64,000 nt of DNA from Psammoneis japonica (Eukaryota). The stretch covers positions 203,771 to 267,770 of the forward strand of contig QPGO01000066.1 of NCBI GenBank assembly GCA_008632985.1, given 5' to 3'. The notes under the pieces are model-generated. The model did no database searches, had not been told where the DNA came from, and saw nothing but the letters and a program-made list of their open reading frames with translations. Both the position numbers and the translations under genes were made by a program. Positions 24,524-36,033 of the stretch are shown here, one piece after another. Position 1 is the first letter of the stretch. Every line of letters begins with the position of its first letter.

Positions 24524-24922
24524 CAATGCATTCTAACTCAGGCAGGGCTGCTTGTGACATTGGGCCCACACAACAATTTTGTGCACAAGCTCCACAGCAA
24601 ATGCATCAGGAGATGATTGTGCAAATGATTGCCAACAGAAAAAGAGGCAAGTTTGTGATCACATCTCCTCTTTCATTCTTGGAGAACATCACTTCTGCTT
24701 TGCCCATGTGTGTGCTTCAGACATTGAAGGCTGCACCCAGTTGGTTTTTCCTCTTGAATTTTGGTGTGACAAAAAGCCTTTGGCTTCACAAAACTGGGAT
24801 CATGAAACAAGTTTGCAGAAGATGACATGTGCAATTGCACGTGTGTGACATGTGGCACATGACAAAAAACTCTGACATCACAGTTCAGCAGCACAAGGTC
24901 CCACCTGGAGCTGGGGTGCATC
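24524..24922 (+). mobile_element. Decayed full-length copy of the ~390-bp MITE at 62535-62924
   Basis: Both ends are homologous (tgtgacattgggccc; cacagttcagcag..aggtcccacct) with similar spacing. Confidence 0.8.
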
Positions 24923-25677
24923 TGCTGTTGTGCCGAAGTTGCTGGAGACAACTTGGAGTGCTTCGCACATCTTGTTCTGTCTTGTTGAATTTTCCACTCT
25001 CTGTGACAGCACAGGAACAAAACTCCCTCCACTCTCTTGCTTTCAACAGCCCAGCCTGTTTCCAAAAAAGCCTGCACATGACTTTCTCAGCTCTGTGTGG
25101 GCTCAACCAAATTTTGCCCAGGATGCATCATTGTTTGTGCCAGCCCCTGTGTGCTCGAAACAAGCACTTTTGTCAAGAGAAGCACATGCCTTTGAAGACT
25201 TTGAGTGCATCACAGTGGAATCAGCAAATCAACTGCTGCAAAGAGCTGCAGTTGGACACAAGATTCTTGCCAAGCTCTGGGTTTTTTCCTCCACTGCAAG
25301 AAGCATTCCCACAATTCCCAGTCAACAATGACACTTTGAAGGGCTGCCAAGGCACAAGCCCCTCTCCATGGTGCTGGAAACTGCCAGGTGTTCCTCCCTG
25401 TCTTGAACCAAGCTCTGAGTCGATTGCTGCTCACACATGGTGCATTGCCAGATGTGATTGCCGCAGTCTTCTGTGCCGTGCAGGCACAAGGAACACCGAC
25501 TTGTATCCTTCACAGAAGTCAGATGGCCAAGCATTGGACATTCAACTTGGGGGTGTTTGTGGCCATCGAGATTCTAGAAGCGCAACTAGAATGAATCCCA
25601 CACACTCCCTCTACTCGTAGCTCGAGCATCATTGATGCTACTAATTATATGATCCCTAGTTATTTCCCGATAATATA

Positions 25678-26913
25678 TTACGTCGACATCGTTGTGTTTT
25701 CTTCTGCTTCGGCAAGTTTCTTCATATCGGCATGTGCTTGCAACGTCAATCCTTGTGTCAATTCCAAAGCTTTGGCCTTTCCAACTCGTTTTGCAAACGA
25801 ATCGAGCCAACCATAAATTTCAGTATGGCTACCAATGACTTTGAACGTATTCAAGCGGTGCTGAAAGTCGTTTGCCGACTTGCGTCCCATAAAGACTTGT
25901 GCTGATCCCATGTAGTGTTGGACTCGAAACATGGCTTCGGAATACGGTGCATTTGGGCCATTGACGCACATTACCGGACTAACACGGTGAGGTGAGCTCA
26001 CGCCGCCTCCATTGTACCGTGACGCGTCAATCATTGGTTTGCCCGGATACAGGTTTTCCAATTCTTGGTGCTTAATATATCGAAGTGTATAAAACAAATC
26101 AACATCAAATCCGTCCGGAGCATACGTTTCGTTGCTGTCTTCGGGTGAAAACAAGACACGAGGAAAAACAACGCATGGCTTTCGAAAATGCCAATATGGA
26201 TCGGTTTGATTCAGCTCATTGGCAATGTAATGAGCCGCCGTTCTTTCTCCAATCCGGGGCACTCTTGTTCGTGGGTGTGTCTTGTTTTCGATCTCTTGTT
26301 GAAATTTCAAATTGCATTCTCTCCTGGATGCATCATCCTTATCAACCGCACACCGCCACGGTTCACCGTCGTCATCATGATAATAGTTGAAAACAAGATA
26401 CTCGTCCGTATCCACCAAGAGCGTCCACGTTCGGTTCTGCCGTTTCAGTGAGTTGAGACAATGATGAATAAATGCCTTTTGACGTCCCCGGTGAAGCTCG
26501 TGGCGTTGGAGGTTGGTCGCATTGTCATTCAGAAACGCTCCCTTTGGCAGGTAATCCTCGTCACGCCACATTTCAATCGTGAAATTTGATAGCGTCCGAA
26601 ACTCCTTCAGAATCGGTTCTGGCGAGATTTTGCTGTATGGATCGACCGCAATAATCAAATGACGGAGTGGCAAGACTTCATAATGATATGCTAGCCATTC
26701 TGGCAAGATGCGATTATCATCCTTGACAATAAGACACGCCGAAAAGGTAAAAGGAAAATCATTGTCAATTTCCGTTTTGACTTTGGGCGGAAGAAAGATT
26801 GCTTCCTCTAGTGACTTTGGGAGAAAGCTGTTGAAGGCCAAATGAAAGTTTCGAGTAAGACCGAGGACCGCGATTATGGCTACAACGAGCAAGCTCTTTG
26901 AAAAGGGAGTCAT
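25678..26913 (-). CDS. Glycosyltransferase-like type II membrane protein (GT-A fold, GT2/GT92-like), paralog 1
   Basis: N-terminal hydrophobic anchor; SACLIVKDDNRILPEWLAYH; DxD motif VDTDEY; C-terminal VQHY. Confidence 0.88.
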   Translation of the reverse strand: MTPFSKSLLVVAIIAVLGLTRNFHLAFNSFLPKSLEEAIFLPPKVKTEIDNDFPFTFSACLIVKDDNRILPEWLAYHYEVLPLRHLIIAVDPYSKISPEPILKEFRTLSNFTIEMWRDEDYLPKGAFLNDNATNLQRHELHRGRQKAFIHHCLNSLKRQNRTWTLLVDTDEYLVFNYYHDDDGEPWRCAVDKDDASRRECNLKFQQEIENKTHPRTRVPRIGERTAAHYIANELNQTDPYWHFRKPCVVFPRVLFSPEDSNETYAPDGFDVDLFYTLRYIKHQELENLYPGKPMIDASRYNGGGVSSPHRVSPVMCVNGPNAPYSEAMFRVQHYMGSAQVFMGRKSANDFQHRLNTFKVIGSHTEIYGWLDSFAKRVGKAKALELTQGLTLQAHADMKKLAEAEENTTMST

Positions 26914-27493
26914 GGTCGTTTTTTCACAATGAAAGCAACAACAACAGGTGCACTGAGTCCATTTCCTCCTTGATCGTGTAGCGAAAGCTCAACGGACCAA
27001 AATGAAACGGATGGAAAAAGTGGCCGGGGAAATATTTATCGATCATACAGATATAAGGATTTATGTATAGAGTCATTCATTGCAATGAAGTGCGATATAT
27101 GTAGCCGTAATGTGTCATTAAGTCGATATTCAGGCTGTATATAAATTTTAATACAACATCCACGACAGTCTTTTGTAAAAAGGCAACGTATGTACGACTA
27201 CATAAGGAAGTCTTTCTGACTCATAATTGCTAGGAATGTCATCTAGCTTCTTTCCTAAGTACAATGACGCAGAGCTTTCTTGATGAAGTTGTATCTTTCC
27301 GCTTGCGTGCCACGTGCAACCTTCGTGATAGATGGTGACAACATATCTCAACATGCATACCGTGTATTCAAACATCGGAAGCCACGTAGACTCTGTAGGG
27401 AATTATGCCGTACGGTAGGTAGGTGAGGCACGCACTTGTTCCCGTTTTGTTGTTGCTGCGGGGCGTGAAGTTGTTGTTGCCGTTGTATTCACC

Positions 27494-28462
27494 ATGACGC
27501 CGCCTCTTTCGGATGCAAGTCCAGCCAATGGCTCGTTTCAATACCATTTTTCCGATGAGGACCTGAAGGAATTCTCATGGCAATTGGATGATCATCATCA
27601 TCATCATCCTCCTGCAGCAACAGCAACCGAAGGTGACGCTGAGGTTCCCGCTGTAGCTTCTACGGCGACTCCTGGTACAACATCGAAACCACCACAAATT
27701 CCTCCCACTGTACCGACTGAAATTGCCAAACCAGAGCTTAGCTTGGTGTCATCCTCCAAACCGGATGCATCTCGTGCTCAACGCAAACGATCGCGTGAAA
27801 AGCAAAGGAGATGCGATATCAATAATCAATTCAGTGACTTACAGCAGACCTTACGAAGCATCGAAGTGGAGCGTAATTCTACTCAGGGAATGTTGCAAAC
27901 CAACAATCGGGTCGATTTGATTGCACGTACTAAAGCCCTGTTAGAAGAGCTGCACGAAGAAACCAAAAAGCAGAAAACCGAAAAGGAGGCCTTGGAAAAA
28001 GATCTGGCGGACACGAGGAAGATTGCCGAAGACACCGCGGCGCGGCTGAAGGAGGCAACTCTGTACCACCCAGGAGTCCCACAAAAGCAAGTCATGATGA
28101 TGGTTCCCATGATGGTCCCTGCCGGTGCAACACCGGGATCGACTGCCACTGTCGTACCAGCTACTGGTACAACAGCAGCAACAACTGCAACGACAACCAC
28201 CGATGCTTCTGGTTCTGGTACAGCAACTCCTACTCCACCCGCCGTTTATGCCGTGCCGCAGCCATTCATGCCTTCGCCCTTTATGGGAATGATGCAGCCC
28301 GGAATGCAACCAGGCATGATGCCTTTTATGCAGACGAACCCAATGGCTCCACACACTGGTGTTCCGGCTCCAGCGGACGGAACGACTACTACAAGTCCGG
28401 TTTGGAAAAACGTTCACTCCTCTAGCACGACACAGGGAGGCAACTTGGCACACTGTGCCTAA
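27494..28462 (+). CDS. bHLH transcription factor
   Basis: RKRSREKQRRCDINNQFSDL...NRVDLIARTKALLEEL followed by a coiled coil and a Pro/Met-rich tail. Confidence 0.92.
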   Translation: MTPPLSDASPANGSFQYHFSDEDLKEFSWQLDDHHHHHPPAATATEGDAEVPAVASTATPGTTSKPPQIPPTVPTEIAKPELSLVSSSKPDASRAQRKRSREKQRRCDINNQFSDLQQTLRSIEVERNSTQGMLQTNNRVDLIARTKALLEELHEETKKQKTEKEALEKDLADTRKIAEDTAARLKEATLYHPGVPQKQVMMMVPMMVPAGATPGSTATVVPATGTTAATTATTTTDASGSGTATPTPPAVYAVPQPFMPSPFMGMMQPGMQPGMMPFMQTNPMAPHTGVPAPADGTTTTSPVWKNVHSSSTTQGGNLAHCA

Positions 28463-28599
28463 GGGAAAAGAGTGCAGTGTGTTGTGTCACACAACAGCTA
28501 GAATACTCAGGATTCGTCTTTAAAAAGGAATCCACACAAAATGGGAACTCAAAATAGAGTGTTTTAAAATAAAAAGATCTTGCATAATGAAGGACATTC

Positions 28600-31500
28600 G
28601 TTTCTGTTCTGCGTGTCTCTTGTTGCACTGTCATCTCCTTCAAAGCAATTCAGATGAACGTTTAAAAAACCTGTTCTTCACGGAAGAGCAGTGGGTGCAG
28701 AACACGCCACAGGGCAGAGCTCAAGAGCACACAAAGACATGCAGCCGCTTTCTGCACCAAAAAAAAGAAAGGCAGTGTTTTTTGTCACAGAGTTCAGCAA
28801 ATGTCACACATCAGGGGGGTGGGTGGGGGCACTGAGGTTTGCAATTCCACACCATGGCAGTGCAATCAATTGTCTGTAGCATTGGTCCATTGTGGCATGC
28901 TGGTTGTTGCAGCCACCGCACGTGCTGATCAGCATCATGCAACAGATGTTGAGCCCCCCAGGGGGGAATTTGTGTGGCAAGGAAATTTCAAATTGGCGGC
29001 GCGCATTTGCACTGGACTGTGGTGCTAAAAACACGAGCTTCATCCTCAGTGCTGGTGCAACAGATTTTGTTCCCATGCCTTTGCTTGCATGCTGCCCATT
29101 GACTGCTCCCTCTAATGCCTGTGAAGAGCTGCAACCAAGTCCACACCATGTTGTGCTGACAAAGATTTCTCCAATGCAGCCAATGAGCTCCTGTGCTGGT
29201 CAGATGTGCTCCTGTGATTGTCACAAGCAACTCACAACCACCATCTGTCAGCTTTCTCTCAGAGCACTGGAGTGTCAGGGGGCATTTTTGCAAAAGTGTC
29301 TCAAATCATTGAAAAAACAGAGCTGAGACTGGGTGCTCTTGGTGGGTGCAAATGAGCACTTGGTGCCCAGCAGTTGTCATGATGACAATGACAAACCTTG
29401 GCAGTGCTCCTTTGACAAGAGCGTCACAGCCAGAATGGAGTGGCAATGCAAGCTTTTTCAAACAACAGGCAGATCAAAAACAAGAGATGTCGAACACAAG
29501 CAAGGTTGCCCTCTCTTCTCTCCAAATGCAAATGCTCCAACCCAAAGCACCTGGCCCTGCTGTCAGCCATTTTTCTCTTCATGCCATTTGCAATGGTCTG
29601 GGAGCTGAATGCAAGCATCTTGTGGCAATTTTGAACAGCTGCCTCCAGCTGCTTTTTTGTTGCTGCAAGAGAACATGATGTGCTGGCTGGTGCAAGCTCT
29701 GCACAAATGCACACGGGCACACTTCTGAGAGCATGTCAATGCAAAATGTGAGCTCACAAAATGTTTTGACGGAACCAATGGCATTGAAGCGTTGTTGTTC
29801 GTGGAAGATCGTTTTCGTAAACTGGCTGCAAAACTTGAATTCACTGCAGGCGAAGAACCATTTGACAATTTCGAAGAAGTGTTGACAGATGCCACTGAAG
29901 ATAAATGGTCCAATCTCACCATGGCGATTCCGGATGCGCAGAAGACGGTGGCTCGTTTTGACCAAGAATTGGCTCGTTTTTGTTTGTCATGTTGTGAAAC
30001 TGAAGCGCGTGACATGATGATTGAATGCTTGCTCTCTCTTAAAAAGCCATGTGATGTTGAAGAACAGGCACATGCGGATCGAATGGAGACCTTGGTGCGA
30101 CACACGAACAAGTTGCCGGGAAATAATCCAGTTGTCACTCAGAGCCAGAAGAAGAAGATGATTTTTGACAGCTTCCCTTTGTCATGGCGTGAGATGTGCA
30201 CAAGAGCAGGACGCACGATTGGAAATGATGCGTTGGCGGAAATTGTCACGCACATGAGCACGGAGAAATCATTTGCAGACAGGAACAAGAAGACGTCGAA
30301 AAAGCACAAAGACGGACAGTCGAAAGGTGGCGGCTCGACCAAGAAGAAAGGCAATCGCATCAACACAGAATCTCAATGTCCTTTGCACACTCACAATCAC
30401 AAGTGGAAAGATTGCATCATGAATCCCGACTCCAACAACTGCCGTCCAAGAACTGATCGTGGAGGTCGCGGATGTGGCGGCCGTGGTGGTCGAGGTGGCG
30501 GTCGAGGTGGAGGTCATGGTCATGGCGGAGCGCAAGGTCGTGGCTGGCAAGGCCGTGGCTGTCAAGGTCGCAGTGGTGGCCAAGGAAACTGCAGTGGTCG
30601 CGGAAACTGCAACTCTGGCGGCAATGGCGGCGAGCATCATGATGATGGTGGCTCTTACATGCAATGTCAAAATGACACCCGAACCAATGCAGATGGCGGC
30701 GGTTACGGCAATCCGGCCAGAACGGCTCCTCCTGATGATTGGTCTGCTGAAAGCCATCATCTTGATTCAACAGGAGGGCCTCAAGAGTGTCGAGGTGGAG
30801 CGGGAAGTTTTCGACCTGGTGGTCGCTTCTCGGGACGCGGTCGACACTGACCCAATGAGCTTGAAGAGCTGTCGTCCGAGTGTGTCGCTCCTGATTCCCA
30901 CATGTTTGATGATTGCACTGATTGCATTGATGATTGTCTTGCACATGCTGCTGATTTATTTGATGATGACGATTTCGGAAATTGTGCTGTGAATGACGAA
31001 GACGATGTGGGACTTGAGTGCGCTGCACCAACCCCAAAAACAAAACCAATTGGACCTTTAAATGTGGTCCCTGCAACCTTGTTCGCAGCACGATTCATTC
31101 AAGACAAGGAAAGCAAGCACGTGATGCGGGTGTTGCTTGATTCCGGTGGAACCCATTCAATGATTCATGCTCGGGTGTTGCCGGTTGGAGCGGTTCCAGC
31201 ATTGGAAGAAACAGGACCGATTCGTGCGAAGTTTCGGACAATGGCAGGAGAACTCGAATCAACTCGTTATGTTTGACTGCAGGACTTGGTGCTCCCTGAA
31301 CTCGACAAGACCAAACATGTTGACGGCATGCATGCGCATGTGTTTGACTCACCCTGCCAATGTGACATGATCCTTGGACAGGACTTCTTGGCAAGAGCGG
31401 GTGTCACATTGGATTTCGAACACGGAATTGTCAAGTGGCTCGGTTCAAGCATCGCGATGAAGCCAAGGAATCAGCGGACTGGCATCCAGCAATGACTCGA

Positions 31501-34500
31501 CGATTTGACTGATGAGCTGGCTGATGATGATGAAGTGTGGGACAGCCACATCTTGATGCAAAGTGTGAGGAGACGTCCCCTTCTGAAGTGGCTTCGGCTC
31601 AGAAGCACCTTGCTGCCAAACAGCAAGAGAAATTGCGCCTCGTGTTGGAGAAACACACTGCTCTTTTCAATGGCACCCTCGGCAAGCATGCTGGCAAAAA
31701 AGTTCACCTTGATGTTAATCCCAACGCCGTTCCGCATCATTCTCGAGCGTGTGCAGTGCCGCACAATGATCTCGAGACCTTCAAGCGAGAATTGGATCAC
31801 TTGGTGGCTCTTGGCGTTCTTGAAGAAGCCGGAACTTCGGAATGGGCTGCAGGTGCTTTTATTCGGCCGAAGAAGGATGGTCGAGTGCGGTGGCTCAGCG
31901 ATTTTCGGGAACTTAACAAAGCCCTCAAGCGCAAGGTTTGTCCCTTGCCGATTGTTCAAGATGTGTTGCAGAAGAGAGCCGGGTGCAAATTTCTTGCAAA
32001 GTTGGATCTCTCAATGATGCACTGTACGTTTGAACTGGACGACGACTCCAAGGACCTGACGACAATTGTGACACCCTTTGGAAAATGTTGACACTGCCGT
32101 CCAGCAATGGGTTTGAAACCGGCTCCAGACATTGCGCAATGCTTGATCGAGAAAACTGTGCACGACTTGGACGTTGACGTGCATGTTGATGATCTAGCTC
32201 AATTTGATGACGATTTTGACATTCACCTTGCTCGTCTTGACAAACTCTTGCAATGCTTGGAAGAAGCTGGGTTTAAAGTGAATCCTTTAAAATGCGAATG
32301 GTGTGTGCAGGAAACGGATTTCCTTGGGCATTGGCTAACTCCGACTGGAATTCGTCTGTGGAAGAAGAAAGTGGAAGCCATTCTGCGAGTGCAACCTCCG
32401 GAAAATGTCAAGCAGCTTCGTTCGTTTCTTGGTGCTGTGACATGCTGTCGTAACATGTGGCCTCGGCATTCTCACCTGTTGAAACCCTTGACAGATCTCA
32501 CAGGCAAAGGCTCGTGGACGTGGACAGCAGAATGTCAGGCGGCGTTCGAAGAGATGAAAGCAGTCCCAGCGGCCGAGACGTTGATGGTGCATCCGAATCA
32601 CAACAAACCCTTCCACATCTGCACCGATGCCAGTGATCACCAGATGGGCACAGTGATTGCACAGGATGGAAAACCTGTTGCATGTTGGTCTCGAAAACCT
32701 TGGTTTGGTTTCACCGTGTTTTTGAACAAAATTCCCCGGGATTGCCACCTTTCACCCTGTTTTTCTACGGAAAGGGTGAATTCCCGGGGAATCGACACGA
32801 GTTGCCCTTCGTCATGTACAAACTGAATGCATGAATAAAAAATTGTGCATTGGCAATTCCCGGTGCTTCCCCTCTCGTACATTTCTGCGTGTTCTACGTG
32901 CCGGCACGCACGGAACCACACATCAGAATTGAAAATCAACAATCGCAACAAAAATGGGCAACACGCAATGGAGCGGCTCGCATCCCATTTATGACAGCTT
33001 TTGTCAAACAATGATGACACCAGTCAATCTAGTGAACAACATTGCGATTGACAGCATAAAATGTAAAATGAATGGATTCTTGACAGATTGTGTTTGGAAA
33101 AAAATGGTGTGTTGACAGATCGTTGCACTTGCTCTTTTGTCGTGCGGTCACAAATGCAAGCCATGCAGCGTCTGCAGCAAAGTCCAAAGCAAAAGCAGAA
33201 CTGTCTGTGGCAAACAAAAATGTGGCAGATTGAATGGTCTTGCTCATTTTTCCAGTCGACACATCTCATGTTCAGAATGAAGCAGATTGTTTAGAATCAC
33301 TGTTGTCGTGCAGCTACAAATGCAAACCATGAGGCGTCTAAAGCGAAGGCTCAGGCAAAAGCAGAACCTCACAAGGCTAATAAAAACTATGGCAGATTGA
33401 GTGTTCATGCTTGTTCTTTCCTTTGAACTGTCTTGTTTGCAGAATGCAGTGTACCGTGCATTCCTTCTTGTGTCGCGTGGTCACAAATGCAAACCACAAG
33501 GGCTCTAGAGCCAAGGACAAGGCAAAAATAGAACCTCACACAAGCAACGTTAATGTGGCTGATCCAATGGCAAAGTTTCTTCTTTCCTTGCTCCACCACA
33601 AGGGGCCGCTTTGTGTCGATGTGTCGATGCAATCATTGTCGTCGTCGCTCGGTCATGGTGATAAAAGCACACCCGCCTAACTGCAATTACCGTACATTGC
33701 CGCACTCCATTCGTTTTTGTTCCCCTCCCCTGAGCCCTTTCAGGCGTTCCTTCCCGCAAAATTACCCTCATTTCCCGGGATTCCCCCAAAAGGGCAAGGC
33801 AACTTCCCCTTGCCCTGGCCATTTTGGGGAATCCCCAAATGGGTAAAACCAAACTAAGTCGAAAACTGAGTGCGGTGCAACAAAACTGCTCGACGATCGA
33901 AAAAGAACTCTTGGCTGTTGTCATGTGCTTCCGCGAATTCTGGACGATGCTCCTTGGCGGCAACTTGCATGTGTTCACTGACCACAAGAACCTTGCCTTT
34001 CGCACCTTGAATTCACAACGTGTGCTCCGTTGGCGCCTCTTTCTGGAAGACTTTGCCCCTCAATTCCATTGCATCGAAGGCCGACCAAATGTCTTGGCTG
34101 ATTGTTTTTCTTGTTTGCCTCATGTGGATCCTCCCTCTGAAGGGAAGAGCTTGGCTCCGGGTGAAGGAACTGTTGTTGATTTTGCTCCGCTCGATTCGAA
34201 GTTGGTGCCGAGTGAGGAACCATCCGAAGTCGAGGATTTCCGCGATGAGGACTTGGAGCTCGGCGCATGCCGATTCAAGTGTTGTCGCAACATTGAAAAT
34301 GAAGGCCACTCACACTTCTTCTCTTTCTTTGTTGATGAGCCGGAACTGTTTGATTCCTTTTTGAATCACCCTGCGATGCAGGAGATGCAAAATCCAATGA
34401 CGTCACAATGGATTCAGGAGCACCAGTTCAAGGACCAGCAATTGAACCAGATGCGCATTGCTCACCCTGATCATTTCCTTGTGGAACATGTGAACAATCA

Positions 34501-35590
34501 ACCGCTTGTGTGTCATCGCATGCAACCAAATGATCCTCCAGGACAGTGGAAAATCTGTTTGCCGACTGCGCTTGTGCCCGACATCTTGCGGTGGTGTCAT
34601 CTCGTCCTTGGCCATGCCGGAAGCCAGCGCATGCGTGAAACAATCCAGACTCATTGTTGTCATCCTGGGTTGCGTTGCATGTGTGATGAATGCTCTTGTG
34701 CTGATTGCCAACGGACAAAACTTTGGGTCCTGGCCATGGAGAGTTGCCCAAACGAGAAGCTCCATTGACTCCCTGGTCGGAAGTGGTGGTTGACCTCATT
34801 GGCCCGTGGAAAATCAAAGCACCGAATGGAGAGATTGAGTTTCGGGCGTTGACCTGCATTGATCCTGTCTCCAATCTTGTTGAACTGTTGAGAATTGAGA
34901 ACAAAACTGCTCGACATGTTGCTGACCAATTCGAAAACTGCTGGCTTGCATGCTGTCCCAGACCGAGTCGATGCATCCACGATGACGGCAGCGAGTTCAC
35001 CGGGTGTGAGTTTCAGATGCCATTGCAACAAGCCAGAATTGATGATGTGCCGACTGCTTCATACAACCCTCAAGCCAACACTGTTTGTGAACGAATGCAC
35101 CAGACTGTCGGCAATGTGTTGCGCACGCTCATTGCTTCTAATCCACCTCAAAACCTTCAGGGTGCAGCTGGCCTCGTGGACGATGCTTTGGCAACTGCAA
35201 TGCATGCAACTCGCTGTGCTGTTTCCCGTTCTTTACAGACATCACCAGGTGCCATGGTGTTCGGACGTGACATGATCTTAGATGTCCCGGCACTGGCGGA
35301 TTTGTTGATGATTCAAGGCCATCACCAGATGCTGATCAACGACAACTTGCGACGAGCCAATGCCAAGAGAAGATCCTGCGATTGTCAAGTGGGTGATCAA
35401 GTTCTAATCAAGTCGGTTGTGGCACGCTCTCGGTTCGTCGAGCTCCTCATGTGGTTGAGCGCCTCAACATTCGGCGCCTGATTCCTTTTCGCGGTTGATC
35501 AGGGGGTTTTCTTCCCAACACCTGGGTTTCCTCCTGCTGTTGTCTTTACTTTTGGTTTTGGTCCTTGGTTTTTGGCCCTTTGCATGATCC
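28600..35590. other. TpA-depleted domain 5
   Basis: TA nearly absent except inside the 32699-33858 insertion. Confidence 0.93.
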
Positions 35591-35621
35591 TCTAGTTCTT
35601 TCGGATCATGGAAGGGAAGAG
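29760..35621 (+). mobile_element. Inactivated Ty3/Gypsy LTR retrotransposon (gag, protease, RT, RNase H, integrase), apparently 5'-truncated
   Basis: Gag ~29760-30850; protease LLDSGG; RT KKDGRVR..DFRELN and HVDD; RNase H TDAS..EKELL..TDHKNL; integrase Zn finger with DLIGP/HDDGSEF/CERMH. Domain order is PR-RT-RH-IN, with internal stops and frameshifts. Confidence 0.96.
32699..33858. mobile_element. 1,160-bp non-autonomous DNA transposon (hAT-like: 8-bp TSD, 17-bp TIR) nested in the Gypsy RNase H
   Basis: TSD tcgaaaac at 32691-32698 and 33859-33866. TIRs cttggtttggtttcacc / ggtaaaaccaaactaag. Removal restores VACWSRKLSAVQQNC. Three internal ~170-bp repeats at ~33140-33550. Confidence 0.93.
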
Positions 35622-35810
35622 TGCAGCAACTCACTCGCACGCTTCTGATATATAGTATTAATTTTGAATATTAGATTAACGTAGCCGTTTGAGAGAGGCT
35701 CGCCAGCGTTCGCTAACGCTTAGGCTCCCCTCTCTTCGGTCTACTCACTTCTTTGTTTTGACATCAATCTCAGCTTGAGCTTGCAAATTGGCTCAAAATG
35801 TCTGTGACAT
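35610..35810 (+). repeat. Putative polypurine tract and 3' LTR of the Gypsy element
   Basis: ggaagggaagag followed directly by TG at 35622. The right end is uncertain and no second LTR was found. Confidence 0.45.
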
Positions 35811-36033
35811 AATCTCTTGGAGAATGACCGACAAATTTTCGAAATTGAACGGAAACTCGGAACCGCGTTTGTTTTGGTTGTTGGTGTTGGGGGTTAGTTG
35901 GCATGCGTGCTGTTCACTGTGTGCTCTATTGCTCATTGCTTACCTCACGCCATTGAATGAAACGAAAACGCATGAGACAAAAACAAACTACACAGAAAGT
36001 GGCAGCTTGAAAGAGACACTAATCAAGAAGAGA

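Larger units (their letters stand above)
22940..25570. other. TpA-depleted domain 4
   Basis: Only a handful of TA in 2.6 kb; nested repeats. Confidence 0.93.

Noticed and set aside
23683..25620. Long ORFs of 282 aa and 263 aa (and many 100-240-aa ORFs in the other depleted domains) as genes
   Set aside because: No recognisable domains, nearly Tyr-free, overlapping in all frames and crossing repeat boundaries. They are explained by loss of TAA/TAG.
28461..28478. aagggaaaagagtgcag resembles the Gypsy PPT/LTR junction at 35611, suggesting a 5' LTR
   Set aside because: Similarity stops after ~17 nt and the site overlaps the bHLH stop. A PPT is not expected before a 5' LTR.
35788..36033. TTG-initiated N-terminal extension of GT paralog 2 (likewise at 9472, 19229, 46048 and 52720)
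   Set aside because: Eukaryotic genes; downstream ATGs give signal, transit or anchor peptides or lengths consistent with paralogs.
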